DNA of 64,000 nt from Octopus vulgaris (taxonomy: Eukaryota), in contig OX597819.1 in NCBI GenBank assembly GCA_951406725.2, positions 39,990,001 through 40,054,000 of the forward strand, given 5' to 3'. The translations under genes and the position numbers were made by a program. Shown here in pieces: positions 23,701 through 40,441 of the stretch. Within the stretch, counting starts at the first letter, position 1; each line of letters begins with the position of its first letter. Below the pieces are notes generated by a model. The model searched no databases, was not told the DNA's origin, and worked only from the letters and a program-made list of their open reading frames with translations.

Positions 23701-25430
23701 AAACTTTTTTTTAAATTGCTAAAAATGACAAAAAATGACAAAATAAATTCACTACCCAGCAACGGGTAAAGAAAAACAGTTCAGCAATAATATTTTTTTT
23801 TCCACAAGAATTACAAAACAGAATTTTCTGCCCCGTACGGCGAAAATTATTCTTCCCCGAAGGACAACAGTTCAGTTCACAGAAAAATACTCAAAAATAT
23901 TACAATAACAGACAAAAACACACGGAACGAATTCACATAACTTTGGTAACAGCAAATTAGCAATCACGACGCAAAAAATTGTTCGGGCAGAGGTGGCGCT
24001 GCCAAATTCCCGTTCAAAATATATCGTTTTCAAAGTGACAACTAGTCACTGATTTAAAATAGAAAATTACTATTTTTAAATCTCACGACGTGAGATATTC
24101 AGCTGATGAAGCGAAATAACCCGGAAATCGCGATACACAGATATCGTTTTGAGCTGAGTGGGGGTGCTAGATTCCCTTGTTCGAAAATATAAGAACACAG
24201 TTCGTGTCGTATAGCCAGCTGGAGACGATGTCTCTTGGTGCTAAATTACAGCAACATTCGTCCTAAACCAGGACTGCCATATTATGTTGGCAAACAATCT
24301 TTACTACTGCTGTGAGATTTAAAAATAGTAATTTTCTAAGTTGAAATTTTGTTTTTCATCGTATTTATAAGAGCTTTGCAACGTTGTTATGTCTCTCTCA
24401 GTGTATTTTGTAGGATATCTTGATACAATGTATTTCAGGTACTGATCCACGTAGATGACATTTGTCATCTGTATTGTAAGAGTTGTGAATATTCCCTTCG
24501 AGATATTTCGTAGTAATGACTTGTTTCTATGTTGCGAATGCTGTTTCTCCTGCTGATCTACTCGAGCCCGATTTATGCCTCCAGGTTTATTTATGTACGG
24601 GATAACCATTTCGTGAAAATATTGATCATATAGCATGCCTTTGTAGCCGTTCACCACATTGATCTAAAGGCCATCAATATGTTCGTTTCGGGTGCTGCTT
24701 TAGGTTCAGACTCCAAAGTCTAAGCGAATTTCTTGTGAAGATTTTATTGCTATGGATATAATCAACTTGCTGCTTTTTAAACTCCAAAATGAACAAGGAT
24801 AAGCAACAGACAAACTTCTAAATTATGTTAGTAAGCAACATTAATAACTACCTTCATATATTGCTCCCTGACCTTCAATAATCCCATAAACCCCTCGCTG
24901 GTTGGTAGACATATTGTGAAATATGTGGCGTTTCTAAAACATTTCTCGTGTTGTATTAACTGAAAAGTTCCTGGTACACCGTGCAAATAATGGTTTTTAA
25001 TCGGTTGGCAAATATAAGCACTTATGAGAAAACAATTCCTTTGCTGAAACTATAAACAAAACCAGTAGCACTTTTAGGTTCAAAAGGTCCGTTTACTTCT
25101 CGTCGACGAGATACACAGCCAGAATCCCCTGCGGCATTGAATCGAATGTGTTGTGAACACATTGTCATCATAAAACGGGAAAGAGAAGTTGTTTCCATGT
25201 GACGTACACAACAATGACGAACGTATTTTGCGTTCGAATCTCCCGGAACATATTAAGAATATATTTCCAGATCATCGTTTCGGATCGCGCTGCAAATAAT
25301 TTCATTTCGTATTATAATCTATGGGATTTAGTTCTGTCGTGCTCCATTCCGTAACCGCAACAACAACAACAACAACAACAACAACAGCAACAACAACAAT
25401 AATAATGATAATAATAATAATAATAATAAT

Positions 25431-27420
<1,990 letters not shown>

Positions 27421-27449
27421 TAATAATAATAGTGATGACGATGCTGATG

Positions 27450-28535
27450 ATGATGATTTCCTTTATTAGCCACAAGTGTGAAGGGTGAGGGGGGACAATA
27501 AAATGACGAACATAACGTATGGGGGTTTACATATAATGAAATGATAGTAAAAAAACAAAAAAGGTAAGTAGATGTAGTATACAAAGGAAAGGAAGGGACA
27601 TACACATAGTTTACAAAGGTTAAAACAAAGTGGCGGGGAGGATGATAGAAATGTGGCCCTCATGATACAGGAAGGCTTCTGAGGGATAATCGAGCAACCC
27701 CACTGTTCGAGGTTTCCCTGAAACCTCAAGAGTAAGTGCCCTCTCCGACTCACTGGTCTACACTTAGGTATCATCCACTCTCACCATTTTCGCAACTTTC
27801 ACTTATCTTTCAATAAACTCACTCGAGGACAGCACTCTCACTCTCAGTTTTCTTTTCAAGTGAAACTTTAAGAAGTCAATGAGAGCTCTACCAAAGAGGA
27901 ATGTATCTGTTCTCAAGCCTTTCGACCATGTCCATCAAACAACCTCTTTTGCCATAGCCATCAGGCAAATGGAAACTGCCTTGCCTGCCCGACTGATGGA
28001 GGACGCCGGTAAAAATCATCACTACAGACTCGACCGATAAACGGATCAGTCTTACACGTGGCAGCAGCTGTTCGACATAACATCACAAGTTAGCAATGCC
28101 CGGACACTGAACGAGTGCGTGCAGAACGGTTTCGTCACTCTGCGCGCACCTCGGACAAGCCCGTCTGACAGTACATCCGAGTCTGTAGAGTTTATCTCTA
28201 CTGCGTAGCGACCCCCGGTAGTACTGCCAAGCCAAGTACATCTGCAAATTATCCATGATAGATCCCGACCGGAAATTACACCGGAACAGATTTGCCAGTT
28301 CGTTCTCGTTGGCGCACAGAGTCTCCCCGAGAACGTTGTCGCGCTTCCTCGCCATTAATCCTCTATAAATTTATAAAGGGGAACATCCACCGATCCCATT
28401 GATAGAGGGCCGTGAACGTTTGACGATAGTCTAGGTGCCAGGTGCCCAGTCTCAGTCTTTTCTTCACCCAGGACTGCAGCTCCATCAAGGAGACGAGCTG
28501 CAGAAAGACGAGCTTCATAAACGGAACCCACACAT
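27450..28535 (-). mobile_element. Tx1/L1-type LINE 3' fragment with AATAAA and (ATC)n tail
   Basis: ORF 28083-28355 CPRCAQSDETVLHALVQC; homologous to 12760-13625. Confidence 0.85.
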
Positions 28536-29295
28536 AATAATACTGCTTAATACCACAGAGCTGCTAACAGCAAATATTCTGTTCAATACCAGAGGTTTGT
28601 TATCATGAGGCAGCGGCTCTCATAACTTTTGATCTTAACTGATTGGAAGTGTTATCATGTACATGTTTTGTCTTGGCATAAGATAGGCTAGAGCAAATAT
28701 TCTGCCTAACACCACAGATTTGCTATCATTTGCTTGACCTTAACCAGTTGAGCATGTCCCTTAGTGGCTGACGATATGTGTATCTCTGATGAAGAGCAGG
28801 AATAGTGGGAGAGCATCATAGCTATGTGTTGAGAGGAATTCTTTGGAGTTTGAACATTCACCCCTAGAAACATGGACGTTTCGTTCATCATCCTTAAACA
28901 AACCTCGTTCAGGGACCTTTTGAGCAGGATGGGCCACTCAACCTGAAGAAATGTCATGCGCTGTTTATCTTATTATAAGATCACCATGTCGCGCTACATA
29001 TGGTTGTGAGGCATGTGCCTGGTGTACCATCATCACACGAGTAGTCATGATGGGTATATTGGCTTCGTATATTTTACCCCAGTGTCACTTTGAGGGCATG
29101 GCTTTCTCACCCTATAATAGTAATCCTTTCCATTACAGGCACAAGACCTGAAATTTTGGGGGAGTGGGTTAGTCAATTACATCGATTTTAGTGCGAAACT
29201 GGTACTTATTTCTTCGACCCCGATGGGATGAAAAGTCGACCTCGGCGGAATTTGAACTCAGAACGTAAAGACGGATGAAATGCCAGCTCCCCTCT

Positions 29296-29353
<58 letters not shown>

Positions 29354-29379
29354 TAATAATGATGATGATAATAATAATG

Positions 29380-29447
<68 letters not shown>

Positions 29448-29659
29448 CCTTTCTACTAAAAGCACAGGGCCTGAAATTTGGTAGCAGGTAACTCGTTGAT
29501 TACATGGATCCTAGTGTTTCACTGGTTCTATTTTATCGACCCAGAAGGATGAAAGGCAAAGTTGACCTCTGCGGATTTTGAACTTAGAACGTAGCGATGG
29601 ACGAAATGCCGCTAAGCATTTCGCCGGGCATGCTAACGATTCTGTCAGCTTGCCACCCT

Positions 29660-31130
29660 ATAGGGAAAATATTGTGTTGAATCAGATGAAAACAGTTTAG
29701 GATGATATGTAAAAAAAAATCCTGCGGAGCTATTGTTGTTGCGTGTGAAGAACTCCGGCATCAAAAAACTGATAATTGTGTTAAGAAAGAGAAATGTTAG
29801 GAAGAAAAGAACACGAAAAAAGAAATGGCATGGAAAGGAGGAAAATGTACGGTCAGTTTGCAAGAGATATGAGCGTAAATACAGATACAGAAGACCGGTG
29901 GTTATGTATGTGAAGGAGTGATCTGAAAATAGAGACAGAAGCACTTACATGCGAATCACAAGAACAAGCTTTGAGGACAAACTTTGTGAAGCGCAGAATT
30001 GATAACACAACTGAGAGCAACAAATTAAGAACGTGTGGGAAGAGGGGTGAAACAGCCTGGTATATTGTTAGTGAATGCCCGAAATTAGCACAACGTGAAT
30101 ACAAAAGGCGACATGATAATGTGACAAGAATGATCCATTATGGGCTCTATGGAAATTGCGGTCTACGAAGAGCAAAGACGTGGTATGACAAAATCCCAGA
30201 AGGAGTTACTGTGAATGAGGATTGCAAGAATTCTGTGGGATACAACGACACGGTGTGATCATCAGATTGCACATTCGAAAACCTGATATTGTAGCGAACA
30301 GAAAATACAAAATATATCTGCTAATTGGCATAGCTTACCCTAACGACAACAGGATCGAGGAGAGAAGAAGAAAAAGGAAACTATGATGAATTGAAGTGGG
30401 AAATACGCAAGTTGTGGGCAATGAAGAGAGTGAACGTGATACCAGTATTGATTGACGCGCTTGGAGGTATCAGCACTCAACTATCAATGTGGCTCAAAAA
30501 GATTGGTACAAATGTAGATAGAACATCTACAAAAATCATCATTGCTTGGAACTGCAAGAGTTCTCCGAAGGGTTTTTGAAGCATGATCAGTAAACAAGTA
30601 TCACCTTAGTCTGCTGGCTGTGGGCAACTGTTACTTTCCATCATACCCAGCAAACAGCAAATAAACTGCTAGTAGCAGAGAATAATCAGGAGAAACTCAT
30701 ATGGGGTATGCCATTATACACAGACAAAAAAAACTACAACATAACCGACCAGATATCATTCTCCTACTGAAGGAGTCAAAATAATGGACCTGCATCGAGG
30801 TAGCATTACCTGCAGACTAGAATATTGTGAAGACAGAGGACGAGAAAGTCGGTAAGTACAGAGACCTAGGATCGGAAGTGAGAAGAATCCATGGAGCCTC
30901 AAATGTGAGTATGGTGCCTAATATGATCGGTGCACTTGGGACCATATCAAAACGAGCAATATTTTGGCATCAAAAGCTGCAAATATCAAACTCTTTAAGA
31001 AGTATTCAAATGGCAATAATACTTATAACAGCTCATTTGTTGAGGCAAGTACTACATCCCTAAGCTGTGCGACGAAGCTGAGGCGCGACATAGACATGAA
31101 TAAATCAGGACAAGTTAAACGAATAAAGAT
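29660..31130 (+). mobile_element. Two degraded R4/Dong-type LINE 3' fragments
   Basis: ETAWYIVSECPKLAQREYKRRHD, KPDI, EKVGKYRDL..IGALG motifs. Confidence 0.8.
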
Positions 31131-33170
31131 GATGATGATTATAATGATTTCTTTATTCACTTTTCCTCTTATTATTTATGTAAAGGCAAAATAATGAACC
31201 CACCCAAACAATTTACTTTCTTCGTCATAATGCTGGGCAAGTTTTAAAAGTTTCAAAAATCGTCTCAAAAAAGAAAAAAGAAGCATGAAATCACCGTTTA
31301 AGCCCACAGACCAAAATAGTAATTTAATATGAATCAGTAAAATTTAAGATTCATTATTTTTCTCCGTAGATAAGTCTTCAGATTCTTCTTAATTTGTAAT
31401 TGATTCCGGCTCCCAACTAAAAACCTTCTGTCTTACAAATAAAGATTATTTGAAACATTTAAAATTACTTGTTCCCGATTAGATCAGACACCTTTGACCT
31501 CAAACTGGTTGACTCATACTCGCTGTACTGCTTTCTGACTGACGTCATTTAGTTCATCAGCTGATTTTTTATTGGCATTTTTCCCTTCGTCTCGTGTTCC
31601 CCGTGGACATTTTTATATAATTTACTTTTGACCACTTATAAAATTTGCATTTTCACGACAGATTAAACTTGTTGAAAAATGTTCAATTTTTCATCTTTTA
31701 TACTTTGTGAGTTTTGTCTCAGTATCAATAATTGGAGGCAATAAAATGTGTTGCCTATAAAAAGAATAGATCGGTGTATGCTGTTGCCTATAAAAACCCG
31801 GCATTTAATAGAATAAAATGGCGTTCTTAATGGCAATAATTTTATTATTAGTTGAACCTAGAAGAGTACAGGGTAGGAAGGAGTAGCTTACAAATATTGC
31901 AGCTGAATCTGGAACTGAAACAAAAACTAAAGTTCAAATGAAATCATATCCCTCCATTTAAACTTTAATTCCTCCTATGAAAAGAATTTCATACAAAACC
32001 TTCTTTATTTACTCCCTATAAAATAAAATATGGTGGATGATTGGAGAGGATTGAACCACTTATGTTTGGTGAAGATGTAGCCGGTCAGCTACCTTCCTTT
32101 TGTGCATTCCCAACTATAGCCAAATTGAAATTTAGGTATAGAGAAATAGGACGCACTAGTAACAGCCAAATAGGCAACAGTATCCTCTCAGCTCAGTAAT
32201 GCTTAGAGATAAATGGTTTTAGTGGTCTACTTTCTACAACTGAAAAGTGTAAATTTGTCGCCACTAGAGATAAAGTATACAGAATCTATTTCCAAGAGAC
32301 TCTTGAAATCCAACACTCTTAAGCACGGATATCAGAAATTCCCCACCCCATTCCCAATATTCATGGCTTCTCAAAAACTTTACCAACAAACTTTCCTTCT
32401 TTAAAATACACAAAATTTAAATTATCTTCCTCAGATTCAGCATAACTCATTGGGCATAATCTCAATTAAGCATGCACATGAGAAGGCGCTATGGGGGGAA
32501 AGAAGATGTCCTTTCACATTTATTATCAACAAGCTGTCCAATGGTAGCCTTGTCATCCCTTTACAGTGTTCTTGCTGTTTTTATTTATCCGATATCATCC
32601 GAAAGGCATGATTTGAATTTATATTCCAACGACAACTGCAATATTTTTAAGTTCCCACTTCTTGTCTAGTAATTTTCTAAGTTCACTTAATTAACAATAG
32701 TATCACTCTTGCGACCGCATTTTTCCGGCTGGCATACACATACACATACACACACACACGCACACACACACGCACACACACACACACTAATTCGTAATCT
32801 CTATTAACAAGCCCATTAATATTGATAATATTGTTGTTGTTTTTTAGTGTTGTTGTTATTATTATTTAACACAGATAATATCCTTCTTTGACTCTTTAAG
32901 TTATGTCCTGTTCGTATTCAGATTGCTCAAGTCGCTCAACAATTGGTTGGAATCAAAATGAAATATTCTACTAACCGGATACAAGTTTGTTTACTGTATT
33001 TTGCTTACTTACATCCTTCCACTTTCCCGTTTTTCCTTCCTCTCTCTTTCTCTTTCATTTTCTCTCCCCTACTTTTTCTCTCTCTCTTCTTTTCTTTACT
33101 TTTCTTTTCTTTACTTTTCTTGTTTTTTTCTTCTTCCGCGTGTGTATGTATTTGTATATGTTTGTATATA

Positions 33171-34570
33171 CAGGGTGTCCTAAATGAATGTATATACACT
33201 CGCTGATTATTATAGGCTCAGTGTTTATTTTGAATACATTTCATTTACAAAATTTGATAGAATTTACAGACAGTTTAAAATTTGTATAATAACCTGCTTT
33301 CAAATTCATTAGCGTCCTGGCCCAAACAATGCATATTACGCGAAGTAATGGAATCACAAACATCAAGAAATATTCCGTTGTTTTTGTATGCATTCTCGTT
33401 TAAAGGCTGCTTTCACTACGTCGACTCTTGTCGGTTGTGTAGCGTTAACTATGTATTCTAGGTATATCCATTAAGAGTCTAGAGGAGTGAGGTCCATAGG
33501 GTATCCTACTGGACTCCCTAGTCCAATCGACCAATGCAAAGGAGATCTTTACTTTAATATGATAGTGCAAGTGTACATCATCTTGCTGGAAATAAAACTC
33601 CACATTTTCAATGTCATTTTGAATGCTTGACATAAATGATTGTCGCGGTAAATTCAAGTGACTAGGACCATGTCACAATACCATCAAAAAAGAATGGTCC
33701 ATTTAATACTTTTGATAAGCTGCTCCTTACTGTAACTCCTAGTAAGCTTACATGATGTTACTCTGTAATTGTGGTGGTTAAATGAGTCATTTAATTTAGA
33801 TGTAGTCTCACCGCTCCAAGTATAATAGGAGCACTCCGTCGGTTACAACGATGAGGGTCCCAGCTGATACGATCAACGGAACAGCTTGCTCGTGGAATTA
33901 ACGTGCAAATGACTGAGCATTCCACAGACACGTGTACCCTTAACGTAGTTCTCGAGGAGATTCAGCGTGACACAGAGTGTGACAAGGCTGGTCCTTTGAA
34001 ATACAGGTACAACAGAAACAGGAAGAGAGAGTGAGAGAAAGTTGTGGTGAAAGAGTACAGCAGGGTTCACCACCACCCCCTGCAGGAGCCTTGTGAAGCT
34101 TTAGGTGTTTTCGCTCAATAAACACTCACAATGCTCGGTCTGGGAATCGAAACCGCGATCGTACGACCGCGAGTCCGCTGCCCTAACCACTGGGCTAACC
34201 GCTCCAAGTAATCGTTGTTAGAAAGGATTTCTTACACGTCTTGCCAAGTACCACTCGCAAAACTCCGCTCTTCAGTCTGGATCATCTGCACCGAGAGCAT
34301 GAGAACACGGAACATTCTTAGAATGTAAGTTTTCGAATAACAGCGCTTCAAGTTGCGATGGACGCTTGATTTTGAAAGTCCAGTCTCACAATTCCCTTAC
34401 ACCCACAGATTTCTATTTTTAATTCTATAAATAAGTTTCTAGTACTCGTTTTTGTTTTGTGGGACTTGACGATGTCTGCAGTCTTCCGAAATGTTTCTTG
34501 TAAACATTCAGAACAGGTCCATCTGCTTCAAACTCATCCCTAATTCGAGTGATGACAAGTCGCATAGGGA
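33171..34570 (-). mobile_element. Degraded Tc1/mariner-type transposon
   Basis: TA-CAGGGTGTCC end at 33171; transposase remnants FYFQQDD (QQDG motif) and ITRIRDEFEADG..GR. Confidence 0.7.
33823..34197 (-). mobile_element. tRNA-derived SINE inserted in the Tc1/mariner element
   Basis: 13-bp TSD accgctccaagta (33810-22, 34198-210); same family as 61230-61740. Confidence 0.9.
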
Positions 34571-34993
34571 AATCTGTTACAAACTCTTTCTCTCCTAAAC
34601 TGTCTTTGCGCTTCGACTGCGTTTTCACCCTTCCCATAGCAATTCAAGTAAATTTACTTTGACGAGAGCTAAGTCTGGCTCCCCTCATTATTTCTGCTGA
34701 TTAGAATGACCAATCACTTTTCTGGAAAGGCCTTGAAATCAATGTTACCATCTAGGGACTATCTCTGACCCAGTGATAATAAAAAGACTCAAATGAGGTC
34801 TGCAACCAAATAACTTTACTCAAAATAACACTTTGCAACTGAATCAGTGGAAGCAAAGATGCCTCTCCTTTACTTGACAATTTATGAACCACATTGCAGA
34901 AATCACAATTTAAGTGTATCTCAAAACAAACTCTTACACTGTTGTACTATTGAATTACAAATAAAGCTCATCTTGTATTCGTCTTGGCTTACG

Positions 34994-35716
34994 AAAAATG
35001 ACTAAATTGTGGGGGTTAAGCCCCCATTAAGGGATCTTACTGACTTCTAAGAAGTTGAAATTTTAGGAATATTACTTCATTTGCGTCTAATACCAAATCA
35101 GATCAAATCAAATTTATTGGCAGAAGAGCACAATGTGCTTAAGCCATGTAAAAAATATCTATGGTTAAAATTTCATCAACAGCAAAAATATATAAATTTT
35201 CATGAGGGTTATGGCCTCATTTATGCCCTCTCAGTTTCAAACATATACTGCATTACATCTGTCCTTACGCATAGAATATAATTTTCAAATTTCATAGATC
35301 CATTCAGTACTTTTGACCTTGTTTTGGATCATAAAAAATGACTAAAGTTTGGGAGTTAAGGCCCCTATTAGAGGATCTTAGAATCCTAATGAGAAGCAGG
35401 AACTTTGTGAATACTTCTTGATTTGTGTCAATTACCTATTGTTGAACTTTCATCAACATCGAAAATTTATGAATGTTCATGGGGGATTCTGTTCCTTTTA
35501 AGCCATCTCAAGTTCAAACCAAACATACTGCATTATACCTGCCCTTATGCATTGAATCTAAGTTCCAAATATCATGAGGATCTATTCAGTTATTTTGTTC
35601 CATGAAAAATGACTAAAATCTGGGGGTTAAGCCCCCATTAGGAGGTCTTAGAATCATCCAAAGAAATGGAAATTTAGGCTATATTTTTAAATTATTTTCT
35701 AATACTTATGGTTCAA

Positions 35717-35725
<9 letters not shown>
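34994..35725. repeat. Three degenerate tandem units of ~270-340 bp (third partial)
   Basis: aaaaatgactaaa..gggggttaagccccc recurs at 34994, 35334 and 35605. Confidence 0.7.
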
Positions 35726-35759
<34 letters not shown>

Positions 35760-35768
35760 GTATGTATG

Positions 35769-35799
<31 letters not shown>

Positions 35800-35933
35800 A
35801 TATGTATAAATGTATATGAATATATATGTATATATATATGTATATATAAATGTATATATATATATATGTATATATATATGTATATGTATATATATATACA
35901 TATATATATATACATATATATATACATATATAT

Positions 35934-36001
<68 letters not shown>

Positions 36002-36307
36002 CGTCGTTGGTCATCAAGACTGATTTAAGACTAAAAAGTGACCTCTAAACCATCACCAACACCGTCGTTGCCGTTATCGTCGTCATCATCCTCATCCTCT
36101 TCATCATCATCGTCATCATCATCTTCATCATCATCATTATCATCATCATTTTCATCATCGTCTTCATCATTATCGTCATCAAATAAGGTGAAATGTTGAT
36201 ATATTTTAATGTTCTCTCTCTCCCTCTCTCCTTCTCTCTCCCTCCTTCTCTCTCTTCCTCCCTGTCTTTGCCTCTCTCAATTTCTCTCTCTCTCTCTCAC
36301 TCTCTCA

Positions 36308-36412
<105 letters not shown>

Positions 36413-37655
36413 GCACGCTCGCTCACTCACTATTTTCTTCATTTCATTTTCTGCTGATTTATCTCTTTCACTTACAATTTCTTTTTAGCCTTCTCTCAAC
36501 TCATTCCTCTTTGTTATCTCTCTCAGTCACTCTCTTTCTCACTCTCTCACCTTTTCACTCTCCCATCTCTGTCTCTCCCTCACTCCCTCGCCCCCTCTCT
36601 CGCTCTTCTATTTCGTAAATTTGCCACCCCACCCTGCATTTCGTGACTTTGGTTCGCACCAGTTCCACTGTAAATGGAAATGAGAAAATGGTAACAAAAA
36701 AATAGTAAATACCCGGAGATATATTGCATCTAAGCAGTGTTAATTATGTGAAATCAGTTGAAATGGCAATGGTAGAGGAGGGGGATATGGGGTGATTGGG
36801 GTCGAGGAGAGCATCAGAGACAGAAGGAGTTGGAGGTACGAAGAAAGGGAATCAGTTTGACGAAGTTAGATGTTGTTGCAGAGAAGGGGAGATACGGAGG
36901 AGAAAGGACGAAGCGGAGAAGCATAGAAGTTATGAAAGAAAGAGAAATAGAGAGGGTGAGAGAGAGAGAGAGAGAGAGAGAAGAGTGAGTAGGAAAGAAA
37001 CGAGAGTAAAAAGTGAAGGAGAGCGAAAAAGAGAGAGCGAAACAAGGTGAGAGAGAGAGCGATGGAGCAGAAAACGGTGCATGAGATGAATGGGGGTAAA
37101 AAAAAAATGAAAGGTTACAGTTTGGTTGAAGTCTTGAAGATGGCGTGGTGTATGGAGGAAGTAATCAATGATGGGAGGAGAGGAATGTTTTCTTGTGAAA
37201 ATGGCGTACATACACAAAATGGTGGTGGCGTCGACGAAGGGGGATAGCGGAGTTGGTTTTGGTTTGTGGAATGTATTATTATTTTTTTTCTTTCTTTCTT
37301 TCTCTGCTTAGTCTTTTAGAGGAAACGGAACAAATGATGGAAACGTGGTTTAGTTGCTCTTTTGTAAGTCCTCTGTAAGGGACACACACACACATACACA
37401 CACTCTTGTGAATTAGTAAGAGTAACAGCAAAAACAAGAATAACAACGGTAACGATGATGATGATAATGACGACGACGACGATGATGATGATACGACGAC
37501 GACGATGATGATGATACGACGACGACGATAGCAATAATAATAATGGTAATAATAATAGCGATGATAAAAATAATGATAATAATAATGATAATAAAAATAG
37601 TAACAGTAATAATAAAAATAGTAACAGTAATAATAAAAATGATGTTAAAAAATTT

Positions 37656-37734
<79 letters not shown>

Positions 37735-37766
37735 TAATGACTACAACGATGATGATGAAGATGATG

Positions 37767-37840
<74 letters not shown>

Positions 37841-37899
37841 TACAACAACGATGATAATAATGATAATGATGACGATAATAGTAATAATAACAATGATGA

Positions 37900-37933
<34 letters not shown>

Positions 37934-38384
37934 GGTGGTGGTGGTGGTGGTGGTGGTGGTGGTGGTGGTGGTGGTGGTGGTGGTGGTGGTGTTGATGATG
38001 ATGATGATGATGATCGGTTCTTTAATGATCATAAGCAGTAAAAATAATAACTGTCAGTGAGATAATAATTAAAAAAATAACAACAACAAAAACAGTAAAA
38101 GCAAGAAAAACAAAAAAAGGAAAAAGAAACAGACTCAGATCTGTGGCAACACAGGTAAAGTAACAACCAACTGCAACAACAATAACAACAACAAAGATAA
38201 CAACAACAGTAACAACGATAAGCACCACCGTAACAACACTAACAACAACATCAGTAACAGCAACAGCAACATCGGTAGCAGCAACAACAACAACATGCAA
38301 CAATGTTCTTAATAACAATTAGTTCTGACAAAGGCTCAAAAGGGTAAGATCACCTTGTTCTAGCAACAGCAGCAGCAGCAGTAG

Positions 38385-38415
<31 letters not shown>

Positions 38416-38432
38416 AATAATAATAATAATAA

Positions 38433-40441
38433 TCACCTACTCTGCGAAACTTTTTGACTGTAAGTATGAGATCATGGAGAACCACGCTAACTCTGAACAG
38501 TGACAATGAATCCCTAAATGCTGGTGATGTAAAAATTTCGTGTGGCATTTTCCAGGGTGACTCACTGTCACCACTCCTCTTTTGTTTAGCCTTAATACCT
38601 CTTTCAAAACTGCTCAATGACGCGCAGTACGGGTATAAAATGTTTGATAAAAATATAAATCATCTCATTTACATGGATGATTTAAAGCTTTTGCAAAAAA
38701 TGACCAACAACTCAAGGGCTTACTAGCGATAGTCAAACAATTCAGTGACGACATCAGAATGCAATTCGGCTTCGATAAATGTGCAAAAGCTACCTTTATC
38801 AAAGGAAAAAATGACAGAAACATCTAACGTAAACCTTGACCAGCAGAATGTCATAAAAGAACTAGACCCAGCGGAGAGCTACAAGTACCTAGGGGTAATT
38901 GAAGGGAACGGAATAAGGCATTCAGAGATGAAGGAAAGGATCAAGAGAGAATGCTATCGAAGAGTGAGAGCAATACTCAAGACAGAGCTGAATGCAAGAA
39001 ACAGGATCGAAGCGATCAATGCATTAGCCATACCAGTCGTGACTTACAGTTTCAATATCGTTAACTGGTCAATTACTGAAATATGTCAGCTCGGCAGAAA
39101 AATAAGAAAACTGTTGACATTGCATAGAATGCACCACTCTAGGGCAGATATAGAACGACTTTATCTGCCAAGAAAAGAGGGAGGCCGTGGTCTTTTGCAA
39201 CTGGCAATAACAATGAAGATTGCTACAATTGGCCTAGACACCTACCTGAAAAAGTCTGAGGACTGGATGTTAAAACTTGTCTCAAAACATGAAAACAAGA
39301 AAGCATCATACTCAGTAACAAAACAGGCAAAGGAATATCTAAGTGAATTCCGAATACAACAAATTTCGGAATTAGAGATAGACATACAAGAAACAAGCAC
39401 AGAAAAAGCTAGGCGCATGAAAACCCGTGCCAAAACTGCGGCCTTAGATATTCTGAATAATAAATGGCAAGAAAAACCTCTCTATGGCAAATACCCAAAG
39501 AGAGCGAATAATGCAGATATTGACAAAGCCCTGACCCATCAATGGCTAATGGCCTCTGGCTTAAAATCTGAAACAGAAGGGTTTATCATAGCAGCTCAAG
39601 ATCAATGCCTACCAACAAGAAACTACCAAGCCAACATATTAAAGAACGGCAGTAGCCCAACATGTCGTGTATGCCGACAACAAAATGAAACCATTGACCA
39701 TGTTGTCTCCAAATGCAGTCTTCTAGCGCCTACAGAGTACCTCAACAGGCATGATAGAGCTGCACAATATATTCACTGGGTAATTTGCAAAAACCTGGAT
39801 TTGCCCCATGAAAAAAACTGGTGGGAACACAATCCACCTCCAGTGCTTGAAAATGACCACATCTCACTCCTCTGGAACTTCACCATTCAAACTGACAGAA
39901 AGATAGATGCAAATAGGCCAGACATCATATTGAAAGACTTCAGACAAAGAACATGCCTCCTCATTGATATGATTGTCTCAATCGATATAAATGTATCTGT
40001 CAAGACCTACTAAAAACTGAGCAAATATAAAGATCTTGAAATAGAAATCAGCAAAATGTGGAACCCTGAAGACTAAAACAATACCTGTTGTCATAGGTGC
40101 CCTGGGAATGATAGCGAAAGGGGCTGATTGCTACCTAACTCAGATACCAGGAAACCCCAAAATGGCAGAAATTCAAAAGATAGTGCTCATGGGAACTGCT
40201 CATATCCTACGCAAAATACTCTCTATGTAATCCCAAGGTTTAAAACAAACTTTTTTTTTAATTTATGTATTAGACATTCACTAGTACAACACCAAAAAAA
40301 AAACCAAATATGTGGCACACTAGGCATAACAACAACATGAACTTCCAACCTGTTGTCTCTTGAGGTCTCTGGGTGAGACTTGGAGCCAACTTGTACAGAC
40401 ATAAAGCAAAAGTCAAACATAGAATAATAATAATAATAATA
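38433..40441 (+). mobile_element. 5'-truncated R4/Dong-type LINE (RT + CCHC + RLE), lightly disrupted, (TAA)n at both ends
   Basis: GIFQGDSLSPLLF, YMDDLKL, RLYLPRKEGGRGL, CRVC..ETIDHVVSKC, RHD, RPDI. Confidence 0.92.

Larger units (their letters stand above)
20949..24030 (-). mobile_element. Tx1/L1-type LINE 5' part: 5' UTR, ORF1, ORF2 endonuclease; RT core absent
   Basis: ORF1 followed by an overlapping ORF2 beginning MAINLGSINVRGL at 22328; 5' boundary approximate. Confidence 0.85.

Noticed and set aside
31540-31570. CTGATGA on the minus strand as another hammerhead
   Set aside because: No stem II, GAAA or stem III arrangement follows.
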